Shown: piece after piece, positions 19,877-28,266 of the stretch
Position numbering within the stretch: the first letter of the stretch is position 1
Layout of the letters: every line of letters begins with the position of its first letter
Origin: Candidatus Poseidoniaceae archaeon
GTDB taxonomy: Archaea; Thermoplasmatota; Poseidoniia; Poseidoniales; Poseidoniaceae
Length of the DNA: 64,000 bases
Assembly: GCA_016777125.1 (NCBI GenBank)
Contig: JADHSC010000007.1
Coordinates: 4,323 to 68,322, forward strand
Reading direction: 5' to 3'
The notes under the pieces: generated by a model
The model's input: the letters and a program-made list of their open reading frames with translations, nothing else
What the model was told of the DNA's origin: nothing
The model's database searches: none
Translations under genes and position numbers: made by a program

Positions 19877-20839
19877 TCAAAGGTCAAGAAGGTATGCAAA
19901 GAGGAGCGGTACGACGATGGTAGCATCGCTTTCTACAACGAACGTAGGCGTGTTAACACCAATTTTACCCCACGTGATTTTTTCACTCGGAGGAGCGCCA
20001 GAATAGCCTCCATAAGATGGAGTTGATTCACTGATTTGTCCAAACCAAGACCAAAGCGGTACATCTTTTTCCATATCTTGATTGAGAAGTGGAACTACGC
20101 ATATTGGGAAATCACCTGCAATGCCTCCACCGATTTGGAGGAAGGCCAAGGAAGTCTCTTGATGCTCATACCATGGTGCTAATTCCATCATGTAATGGAT
20201 ACCAGAAAGCACACAATCTGAAGAGATTGTTCCTTCAAGGCAACGTGCTGCGAAAATATTCCCTGTGGTTGAATCCTCCCAACCAGGTACAAAGAGTGGC
20301 AAATCTGCTTCTGCAGCTGCTAAAAGCCAAGAGGAACTCTTGTCACCTTCGATTGATTCATCGAGATCAGAAGAGCGTAACATGTCGTAAAAGTACGCAT
20401 GAGGCAAGTGACGTTCTTGATGTGCTGTAGCACTTGACCATCGTTTCATCAAATGCTTTTCAATAGCACGAATGGCAACATCTTCAGGGATACAGACATC
20501 TGTAACTCGATTCATTTTCTTATCCAGTAGGGCTTTTTCATCTTCAACTGAAAGGGTTCGCCAGTCCTCAATTTGTTCGTAATAAGGTAAGGCAACCATT
20601 CTGAAAACATCCTCTTCCAAGTTTGCACCTGTGCAAGATATTCCTGCAACATATCCTTTCCGAATCAATGGAGCCAAAACCTGACCAATTCCTGCGGTAC
20701 TCATTGCTCCTGCGAGTGTTATGAACAGTTTTCCACCATCGTCAAGATGTTGTTTCAGAGAAGCAGCCATGCGCTTCAACTGACCTGCATTAAAATGCTG
20801 GAAATAGTGCTCGATGAAGGCAGACATTGACATTCTCAA
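19877..20839 (-). CDS. Deoxyhypusine-synthase-like protein of the bacterial type (probable homospermidine synthase)
   Basis: TLAGAMSTA, TGANLEED, NRVTD, DST.G, GGGIAGDFPICVVP, YSGAPPSEKITWGK (catalytic Lys), SDATIV. Confidence 0.85.
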   Translation of the reverse strand: MRMSMSAFIEHYFQHFNAGQLKRMAASLKQHLDDGGKLFITLAGAMSTAGIGQVLAPLIRKGYVAGISCTGANLEEDVFRMVALPYYEQIEDWRTLSVEDEKALLDKKMNRVTDVCIPEDVAIRAIEKHLMKRWSSATAHQERHLPHAYFYDMLRSSDLDESIEGDKSSSWLLAAAEADLPLFVPGWEDSTTGNIFAARCLEGTISSDCVLSGIHYMMELAPWYEHQETSLAFLQIGGGIAGDFPICVVPLLNQDMEKDVPLWSWFGQISESTPSYGGYSGAPPSEKITWGKIGVNTPTFVVESDATIVVPLLFAYLLDL

Positions 20840-21222
20840 TCCTCCAGATGAAGGAAACGGTTGACCTTCTGTTCTTGCATGAGTACAAGGCCTGGTATTT
20901 CCAATTCAAGTACTGCTTTCAAATCTACAACTATTCCACTAGGATCGGTGCCTCCACACGTAAACGCATCTATGGCAAGCCAACCAAGTTCGCTGTAACA
21001 ATGAGCTGTGAGGTGGCTTTCATCTAAGAGAACGACAGCAGCAAAACCGGGTGGTGAGGTGATGCCATCGAACAATTCAACGTGCGCATGGACTTCTGTT
21101 GCAGTGCTTCGTTCAACGACCTCTTTCAAAATGTTAAGAACCCAATTTCCATCTTGATGCTCTGCTGGAAAGAATCTGTTGTAGTCAAGGAAGATATGCT
21201 GGCCGTGAGCGTTTGTTGACAT
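20836..21222 (-). CDS. Pyruvoyl-dependent AdoMetDC-fold (class 1b) decarboxylase proenzyme; substrate uncertain
   Basis: GQHIFLD, PPGFAAVVLLDESHLTAHCYSE (E-S cleavage site), AIDAFTCG. Start MSTNAH at 21222. Confidence 0.85.
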   Translation of the reverse strand: MSTNAHGQHIFLDYNRFFPAEHQDGNWVLNILKEVVERSTATEVHAHVELFDGITSPPGFAAVVLLDESHLTAHCYSELGWLAIDAFTCGGTDPSGIVVDLKAVLELEIPGLVLMQEQKVNRFLHLED

Positions 21223-21227
21223 AGTGT

Positions 21228-22235
21228 TCACTCCGCTCTTGATTTTCTGAAAATCGTTGGTGTTGTGGTTGGCCGGTGTGCCCCTTCTGTTTCCCGCAAG
21301 AGGTCCCATCGCCCTTCCTTGCGAGCCTTTGCATGGCTTGCGACAATCTTTGTTGCGAGCATTGCTGCTGTAAATTGGGTCAGAGGCGTATCTATTTGTG
21401 GGACGATTTCATTGACATCAGCACTGACAACAACTGCCTTTGAGGCACTGAAAAGAGTCTGAATCGTTTGTTGGACTTGCCAAAAGGTTAGGCCTCCAGG
21501 TACAGGAGTCCCTGTAGCAGGGACGAGTGCCCCGTCCAATCCATCGATGTCAATGGTCAGATGAACAGGTCCTTCGATTGAATCTAAGAGGTCAAGCCAA
21601 GCCTGCCAATGTGTTGCACCTTGACATGGAGATTGGGTATCTTGAGCAAAGAATGTCGTGATACGTTCATCTGAGAGCATGCGTTCATGCTCTTCTTTGC
21701 TGAAAGCACGGATTCCAACTTGCAATAATCGCCCTACTCCTGCATCGAGTGCTCGTGCTGCTGCACAGGCATGTGAATAGGGTTCGTCGTCAAGTTCAGA
21801 TCGCAAATCACCGTGAGCATCGATTTGGACCACAGTAAGATTGGACAGATCATTGTGAACCAGTGGATGATTCCGAACAGCTTCCATGAGAGGAGGAAGA
21901 ATCCCGTGTTCTCCGCCAAGTGTGAGTGGGAAACAATCACCGTTGAACCATGGATTGAGATAACCAACCATGGAATCAAGTTGATGGAGTAACGTTGGTT
22001 CTTCTCCATCCCAAGCCTTTGCAGTATGAATGGCGAGACCTGCAGGAAGGTCCTCCTTCAGTTCAGCATCATATAATTCGACTTGTCCAGATGCTTCTAT
22101 GCAAGCATTTGGGCCTCTTGAGGTACCTGTTCCGTAAGATGTTGTTAATTCATACGGAAGAGAAAGGACAACGATATCGACACCCTTTTCTATAGGCTCG
22201 AGCCCCAAAAAAGTGTGGTCGCCGGACGGTTGCAT
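21228..22235 (-). CDS. speB: Agmatinase (ureohydrolase family)
   Basis: PYELTTSYGTGTSRGP, GGEHG, IDAHGD, IDIDGLD, PATGTPVPGG, ADVNE. Confidence 0.85.
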   Translation of the reverse strand: MQPSGDHTFLGLEPIEKGVDIVVLSLPYELTTSYGTGTSRGPNACIEASGQVELYDAELKEDLPAGLAIHTAKAWDGEEPTLLHQLDSMVGYLNPWFNGDCFPLTLGGEHGILPPLMEAVRNHPLVHNDLSNLTVVQIDAHGDLRSELDDEPYSHACAAARALDAGVGRLLQVGIRAFSKEEHERMLSDERITTFFAQDTQSPCQGATHWQAWLDLLDSIEGPVHLTIDIDGLDGALVPATGTPVPGGLTFWQVQQTIQTLFSASKAVVVSADVNEIVPQIDTPLTQFTAAMLATKIVASHAKARKEGRWDLLRETEGAHRPTTTPTIFRKSRAE

Positions 22236-22401
22236 TCTGCCAAGCGCGCTGTTTTCTGTTCTTAAGAGTTCTTCAATATAATGCTCAAAAAACCTTCAGG
22301 ACACCCTATTTCATGAAAAAGTGGCGATGTGTTAATATAGTCCGGGGAACAATATACAATAGTGTTCTCGGACAGTAATGTCCGGGGAGGGGGAAAAAAC
22401 G

Positions 22402-22821
22402 ATGGGAATGACACTACAATCACTGACACAAGCAATACAACAGCATATCGATACAGGGATGGATGCTGAAGTCGCTGCCGGAATGGCAGAACACGCATTA
22501 GGATTCTTTGGATTCTATAATCGAATTATTGATAATGCATTGGAACCTACAGACCGTAACTTGTTTTACATGTTCCAGGACTATGATTTACTCACAACAG
22601 AGTCTGAAGAGACAACACTCTGGGATGGAAGAGAATGGAGAATTCACTATTGGAAATTTAAGCCAGACCTCAAAGAGCGCATGGAGTCCTATATGCAGCG
22701 CCAGCGCCAACCAGAAGATATCGATCCATTTGCAGACGTTTACGGAACCGATGGTCGATCGATTTGGACAAGAGAATCTGAAAAGGTTGCAAATCCAAAT
22801 GCTTTCACAAGCGATTGGTGA
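22402..22821 (+). CDS. Conserved Thermoplasmatota hypothetical protein (resembles DUF6015)
   Basis: FFGFYNRIIDNALEP.DR..FY.......LL.TE.EE.TL.DGREWRIHYW pattern recalled from Thermoplasmata; SD GGGAGGGGG before the ATG at 22402. Confidence 0.6.
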   Translation: MGMTLQSLTQAIQQHIDTGMDAEVAAGMAEHALGFFGFYNRIIDNALEPTDRNLFYMFQDYDLLTTESEETTLWDGREWRIHYWKFKPDLKERMESYMQRQRQPEDIDPFADVYGTDGRSIWTRESEKVANPNAFTSDW

Positions 22822-22851
22822 AGGTACAATCAAAGCGTTTTTGGCAGAAGG

Positions 22852-24234
22852 GTGGTTGGTCAACCCATGCGAGTCGCCGTAGGTTTAGTCCTGTGCATGT
22901 TCCTCGCAAGTATTCCAATAGCCAGTGCACAATCTGATTCAACTGAACAGGAAAAGTGGCCAGGAGACCCAATAGATAGCCATATTCACTTAACTTGGGC
23001 TACATTAACGCTTGATGTCAATGACTGGGCAGACGAATATCCTGAAATCGTTGATGTAACGAGTGTCGGTGAATCTGAACTTGGAAAATCGCTGTGGGTT
23101 GTTCGACTTTCAGATTGGTCGAACGAGACCAAACCGAATGGGGATATCAAAGAAATCGTCTACATTGACGGTGGCCATCATGGAAACGAATATCTTGGTA
23201 CTGCACTGGCATACTTGTCGGCAAAATGGTACATTAACGGATGGGCTGAAGGCAATGAAGAAGCGATTAATGTGCTTCAAAATACTGAACTTCACATCCT
23301 GATCATGCTCAATCCTGATGGCAATGATATCGATACTCGATGGAACATTAACCAAGTGGACTTGAACCGAAACTATGACCACTACTGGAACACATGCCCC
23401 ACCACACAACCGGGTAGCAGTGCTTTCAGTGAGGCTGAAACGTCGGCGAATTCAAATTACATGAATACGGTCGTTCCTGATGCTGACTTGTACGTCACAA
23501 TGCATACTGGTGTTTGGATTATGCTCTATCCTTGGGGCAAGTGGCCTGATCAGCCTTCCGATTGGGAACTGTACCATCAAATCAGAGAGGATGTCCAAGA
23601 GAATATCTCGAGCATACCGATTCAAAATGCAAACCAAGGATTGTATCCAAACTGTGGAACAAGCAGAGATTATGGCTACGGGGTCATGGGATATCCTACC
23701 TTCACCTTTGAAACCGATGATGAACAATTTGTTCCAGGATCGTTTGAGAACTTGAATGAACGATTAGGAGAAGAGATGGATGTTATGCGATACCTCATCG
23801 ACAACGTATGGTATTGGAGAGCTCGTTTGGATGTTCGAGCAATCGATATTGCAGGAGATACCCTTACTCTCGATGTGGGTAACCAAGGACAAGCATCGAC
23901 CTCAAATGCAACCTTGCAATACCTTTCCTCTAATGGCGAAGTTACCTGGACTTCATCCACGTTCTCAGTCAACGCAACGAATGCGTCTCTACTGGAAATG
24001 GATTCAAGCAATCTCTCCTTAGAAGGCGGCGGTTCTTGGCAGTTGTATTACCAAATTCGAGTCATTGATGCCTCTCGCTGGGTTTCTGAGCCTATTGAAG
24101 TTGAAGCCGTTGTATCAACAACAGATGAATCATCCAGCCTGCTCATCGGCTATGGTATTTTCAATCCAATCGCTATCATCGGCGCCTTGGCTGTTGTTTC
24201 TCTGTTCAAGAAAGATGAACAAGATGAAGAGTAA
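22852..24234 (+). CDS. Secreted M14 zinc carboxypeptidase with a C-terminal membrane anchor
   Basis: Signal peptide, HHGNE (HxxE), NPDG, DLNRNY, FSEAE, TMHTG, LYPWG, GTSRDY, FTFET; C-terminal TM. Confidence 0.88.
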   Translation: MVGQPMRVAVGLVLCMFLASIPIASAQSDSTEQEKWPGDPIDSHIHLTWATLTLDVNDWADEYPEIVDVTSVGESELGKSLWVVRLSDWSNETKPNGDIKEIVYIDGGHHGNEYLGTALAYLSAKWYINGWAEGNEEAINVLQNTELHILIMLNPDGNDIDTRWNINQVDLNRNYDHYWNTCPTTQPGSSAFSEAETSANSNYMNTVVPDADLYVTMHTGVWIMLYPWGKWPDQPSDWELYHQIREDVQENISSIPIQNANQGLYPNCGTSRDYGYGVMGYPTFTFETDDEQFVPGSFENLNERLGEEMDVMRYLIDNVWYWRARLDVRAIDIAGDTLTLDVGNQGQASTSNATLQYLSSNGEVTWTSSTFSVNATNASLLEMDSSNLSLEGGGSWQLYYQIRVIDASRWVSEPIEVEAVVSTTDESSSLLIGYGIFNPIAIIGALAVVSLFKKDEQDEE

Positions 24235-24306
24235 TACTCTTTCTTGGCTGAAAGTTAGTCGCAAGGTTTCAAGTGCTCCAAGTACTTGGCAGTAACCGGT
24301 GAAACC

Positions 24307-25806
24307 ATGAAAATTAATGTCAGTTCAAGCCACAACATCGACGGAACGCTTATCCTACCTCTTTTCGAAGGCACAGAAATAGTCCCAGAAGCACATGCAA
24401 CTGGGCTACATGTTGCTCTTAAGAGCCAAATTAATCGAGTTCTTGCGGATGGTGATTTCAAAGCAAAGGCAAAGTCAACAATGACGCTTGTTGGCGGTGA
24501 AGGTGGAAAAGCAATGCTTGTTGGACTTGGAAAGGAAGACGATGCTGATCTCCATGCTTACAGAAAAGCTGGTGCTGCTGTCGTTGCTGCTCGTAAGAAG
24601 GCACATGGTACAGACCTCACAGTTCGATTCTCAGGAGCCCCTGTTGATTCCATGGGCGCCTTTGGCGAAGGTATGATGCTTCGAGATTACTCCTATGATA
24701 ACTACAAGATGAAGGATGATGATGATGAAGAAGGAGAGCGCCTTGTTCGTATCACCTGTGATGAAGGCCAAGAAGCTGAACTTGAAGCACTCATCGATAT
24801 CCACGAAGGAGTCGTCTCTGGCGTCCATCTTTCTCGTGATCTTGGAAACTGTCCACCAAACGATATGTATCCAGAAGCATTTGCTGACATGGCCTGGGAA
24901 TGGGCAAAGGATTACGATAACGTGAAGGTTACAATCATCAATTATGAGCAAGCTGTAAAGGCTGGAATGGGTGGACTGGTCGCCGTCGGTATGGGTTCAT
25001 CCCGCAAACCATGTATGGTCATCTACGAAATGAATCATGAAGTTGAAGGCCGTTGCCCTCTCCTTGTTGGAAAGGGAATTACATTCGACACAGGTGGTAT
25101 TTCACTCAAGCCAGGTGCAAACATGGATGAAATGAAGTATGACATGGGCGGATCTGCTACTGTCTTTGGAACCATGCAAGCTCTTGCTGCAACTGGATAC
25201 GAAGGAAAGGTCGTAGCGATTACATGCATGGCTGAGAACATGCCTGCTGCAAACGCTCAACGTCCTGGAGACGTCATTACAACACTCTCTGGCAAGACCA
25301 TTGAAGTGCTCAACACCGATGCTGAAGGCCGATTGGTTCTTTCTGACGGATTGTGGAAGGCTGGAGAATTCGATCCTGAATTCATCATCGACTTTGCAAC
25401 ACTTACCGGTGCTTGTGTTGTCGCTCTTGGCCATGAAGCAACAGGACTCTGGTCCAATGATGATGACTTCAGAACAAAGATTCACGAAGCGGGTAATGCA
25501 GTTGATGAATTGGCTTGGCCAATGCCTCTACTTCCAGCATTCGAGAAGGAAATGACCAACTCAAAGATTGCAGATACTCGCAACCTTGGTGCAGGTCGTT
25601 ATGGTGGAGCAAACACAGCTGCTGCCTTCCTCAAGCAATTCGTTCCAAATCGTAACTACGACAAGGATGGAGAACAAATCACATGGGCTCACATGGATAT
25701 CGCAGGAACATACTGGGGTGCTAAGACCAACACTATGGTTGGAAATGGCGCAACTGGAATACACGTTCGCACCATGTACCATTTGATTACGAACTATAAG
25801 AACTGA
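24307..25806 (+). CDS. pepA: Leucyl aminopeptidase (M17)
   Basis: VGKGITFDTGG, MKYDMGG, NTDAEGRL, ATLTGA, WAHMDIAG. Confidence 0.93.
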   Translation: MKINVSSSHNIDGTLILPLFEGTEIVPEAHATGLHVALKSQINRVLADGDFKAKAKSTMTLVGGEGGKAMLVGLGKEDDADLHAYRKAGAAVVAARKKAHGTDLTVRFSGAPVDSMGAFGEGMMLRDYSYDNYKMKDDDDEEGERLVRITCDEGQEAELEALIDIHEGVVSGVHLSRDLGNCPPNDMYPEAFADMAWEWAKDYDNVKVTIINYEQAVKAGMGGLVAVGMGSSRKPCMVIYEMNHEVEGRCPLLVGKGITFDTGGISLKPGANMDEMKYDMGGSATVFGTMQALAATGYEGKVVAITCMAENMPAANAQRPGDVITTLSGKTIEVLNTDAEGRLVLSDGLWKAGEFDPEFIIDFATLTGACVVALGHEATGLWSNDDDFRTKIHEAGNAVDELAWPMPLLPAFEKEMTNSKIADTRNLGAGRYGGANTAAAFLKQFVPNRNYDKDGEQITWAHMDIAGTYWGAKTNTMVGNGATGIHVRTMYHLITNYKN

Positions 25807-25819
25807 GTGTTGTGATCTT

Positions 25820-26569
25820 ATGAAACTGAATACTCCACTGATTGGAGTAGTCATTCTCATGACACTCACATCTGGATGTCTTGGCTCGGTTCAGGATAAT
25901 GAAAAGGCGAATGGACTCGTCGTGACGACCGATACCAACCTCGATCAGATTGTAACCGTCTATGATCAAGGAGAACTTATTCAACAAGAAGATGGAACAA
26001 TAATGTTTGATTTCTCTGATTCAGTATTTTCAGAAGAAATTCTTTCCTTCGGCATCTCTCCAGGAGATGGACGTGAAGACATTATCATCGATGCTACTGA
26101 AACTTCAGAAATAGAAGTCACTTACGACAGACATGGCTACTACACGGTCAATGCTTTCGCAATCGATATCAATGGTGAAAGAGAATCTACAGCGATTGTG
26201 ATAACAATCGAGCAAGAAATCACGTGGACTGAAGCGAATACTGGAAGTCCCGAAATATTCTATTTTGAGGCTGAACCAGGGAATGAACTTCCTTCTCCAT
26301 CGTATTTCATATTGAATTCTACCGTTGAAAACCCAAGTTCAATCATTGGGATTGATGGGCGTTCAGTAAGCGTCTCATGGTCGGTTGTAAATCCAGATGG
26401 ACCGTGTTTGAGTGAATCAAGATCAATCGAAGATGGAGATTCAACAACATGGAACACCCTGCATTTTAGTCCAGTTGGAATGCATGAACTTGAATTGGTT
26501 ATTGATGATGGACAAGATACCATCAATGTTGAGCATAAGGTCTCAATTCGATACGAACTTGTCGAATGA
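25820..26569 (+). CDS. Putative lipoprotein with PKD/Ig-like beta domains
   Basis: Euryarchaeal lipobox-like LTSGCLG after a hydrophobic stretch; PKD-like FDFSDS...PGDG...YDRHG.Y.V. Confidence 0.65.
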   Translation: MKLNTPLIGVVILMTLTSGCLGSVQDNEKANGLVVTTDTNLDQIVTVYDQGELIQQEDGTIMFDFSDSVFSEEILSFGISPGDGREDIIIDATETSEIEVTYDRHGYYTVNAFAIDINGERESTAIVITIEQEITWTEANTGSPEIFYFEAEPGNELPSPSYFILNSTVENPSSIIGIDGRSVSVSWSVVNPDGPCLSESRSIEDGDSTTWNTLHFSPVGMHELELVIDDGQDTINVEHKVSIRYELVE

Positions 26570-26570
26570 A

Positions 26571-27071
26571 TCATTCATCGATGAAGTCAACTTTCCCAGT
26601 CTCAACATCGTACATTGCCCCTTGAACAACTACGTTTGATTTGAGTAGTGGATTGTTTCGAAGCGTTTTCACATCACGAGTCAACTTTTCCATTTGATTA
26701 TCAATTACAGATGGAGTGAATTGTGAAGCATCAACACCTGTGTTCGATTGAATAGCATCCCTTACACCTTCCAATGTAGCTGCAGCCATGCCACACTGGG
26801 TGTGTTGCATGATGAGGATTCGATCACAATCAAGAATGTGGTTTGCTACAATAATGTCACTCTCAATGGCAGAATTGAGTTGACCACCACCATTTCGAAG
26901 AACTTTCATGTCTCCTAATTCCATACCAAGTGCTTGATGTGGCAAGATACGGCAATCCATACAGGTGAGCAAAAGCATCTTTTTTGCAGGCAATCCAGGT
27001 ACATCCTTTCCAGGAAATGCAGCAACATAATCTGAATTTGACTCAGCAATATCAGAAAAATCATCACTCAT
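26571..27071 (-). CDS. Beta-class carbonic anhydrase (Cab/clade D type)
   Basis: TCMDCR (CxDxR), VLRNGGG, HTQCG (HxxC), YDVETG. Confidence 0.88.
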   Translation of the reverse strand: MSDDFSDIAESNSDYVAAFPGKDVPGLPAKKMLLLTCMDCRILPHQALGMELGDMKVLRNGGGQLNSAIESDIIVANHILDCDRILIMQHTQCGMAAATLEGVRDAIQSNTGVDASQFTPSVIDNQMEKLTRDVKTLRNNPLLKSNVVVQGAMYDVETGKVDFIDE

Positions 27072-27125
27072 ACTATTCGCCTTAAGTAACCGATAACGCA
27101 AAGGCATTTGATGTTTTTTTATGCA

Positions 27126-27141
27126 GTAACACTTTTGTTAC
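27126..27141. promoter_or_regulatory. Perfect inverted repeat GTAACA-N4-TGTTAC upstream of the carbonic anhydrase gene
   Basis: Directly visible, 55-70 nt upstream of the minus-strand start at 27071. Confidence 0.4.
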
Positions 27142-27196
27142 CGAAAGGATACTTGGTTTCAGTTCAGGCTCTGTCAAATGAGATTGATAGAGATGA

Positions 27197-27385
27197 TTAG
27201 ATCGGGCATGTCGAATGTCCGAATAATTTGTAAAATGGACAAAAACCAACTGCGGATGTGAGCAGGCTCCAGCATCCTAATCCAAGCAGTAAAACGTCCC
27301 AATTAAACTCGGATGCATATTCTACACCCACCATCACGAAGCCTCCAAAAACTCGGACCAGTCTATCGTTTCCACTTAGATTCAT
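27197..27385 (-). CDS. DUF2892 (YgaP-like) small membrane protein
   Basis: MN....DR..R, two TMs, T..VGFCPFY..FG.STC. Confidence 0.8.
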   Translation of the reverse strand: MNLSGNDRLVRVFGGFVMVGVEYASEFNWDVLLLGLGCWSLLTSAVGFCPFYKLFGHSTCPI

Positions 27386-27522
27386 GGGTATTCACTGATT
27401 AAAAATTCTCCCTACGCGCCTATAAATGCCTGTTTTATCTGTTTATTCGGTTATTATTCAAGAAACCTGACGCTGTATTCGATTTCGTTAGGTTCATATA
27501 TGCCCCCGCTCTCGGAACTATG

Positions 27523-27535
27523 TAACCTCGGGTTA
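27523..27535. promoter_or_regulatory. Palindrome TAAC-N5-GTTA upstream of hsp20-dnaK; candidate heat-shock repressor operator
   Basis: Sequence gTAACctcggGTTAa, about 25 nt downstream of TATA-like TTCATATA (27493-27500) and 15 nt before the ATG. Confidence 0.5.
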
Positions 27536-27550
27536 AGTAGTGGTGAAACG

Positions 27551-28252
27551 ATGACTGCAGACGATTGGGAAGAGAAAATGCTTGACCAACTTGAGAAGCT
27601 CTTGTCCAACATGGGCATGAATATGAGCCGTGAACAACTCAGAGGTCTACTGAAGCAGTTTCGATCCCAATTCGAAGCAATGGGAATTGACGAAGAACGT
27701 ATTGCGAAGGGTGATGTGAACTTTAATTTCGATTTGAGCAGCCTCAAGGACATGTTCCAACCAGGCATGGATTTTGGTGAATTGTTCAAGAACATGGGCG
27801 TTGATGTCCGTGTCGATACAGCACCAGTTGAGATTCAGACTCCAGAAAACGACGATGAAGAGAACCTCACACTCCCTGCAGACGATATCTATCTCGAAGG
27901 TTGGAACATGAGCGTCACTGTTGATTTTGCTAAGAAAGGTGAAATTGAACAAGATCAAGTCGAATTGAACCTTATCGATGGAGGCACGCTTGTCGAAGTC
28001 CATAGGTCTACACAACTTGCTCCACTTGCTCGGATTGAACTCCCTCATGCTTGCGAAGATGTTGTTGATTTCACGCTGAATAACGGTATCCTCGATATCA
28101 CACTGCGATTGATTCCTCCTGAGGAGGCCTTCGCAGCACTGCCGCCAGGTGAAGACGGCGACGATTCTATTCCCCAACAATCCGACATTACCATCGATGT
28201 TGCAGACGATGACGATGATGATGACGATGATGGAGGAATCCCCATTCTGTGA
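27551..28252 (+). CDS. Hsp20/alpha-crystallin-domain small heat-shock protein with a long N-terminal extension
   Basis: C-terminal beta sandwich ending RIELP..C....[12 protein letters not shown], terminal IXI motif (IPIL), first gene before dnaK. Confidence 0.7.
   Translation: MTADDWEEKMLDQLEKLLSNMGMNMSREQLRGLLKQFRSQFEAMGIDEERIAKGDVNFNFDLSSLKDMFQPGMDFGELFKNMGVDVRVDTAPVEIQTPENDDEENLTLPADDIYLEGWNMSVTVDFAKKGEIEQDQVELNLIDGGTLVEVHRSTQLAPLARIELPHACEDVVDFTLNNGILDITLRLIPPEEAFAALPPGEDGDDSIPQQSDITIDVADDDDDDDDDGGIPIL
28205..28231 (+). repeat. GAY trinucleotide run encoding nine Asp in the Hsp20-like C-terminus
   Basis: gac gat gac gat gat gat gac gat gat. Confidence 0.9.
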
Positions 28253-28266
28253 AAGGAGATGAACAA

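Noticed and set aside
19877-20839. Canonical aIF5A deoxyhypusine synthase
   Set aside because: Motifs match the bacterial DHS-like clade and the gene sits in a polyamine operon
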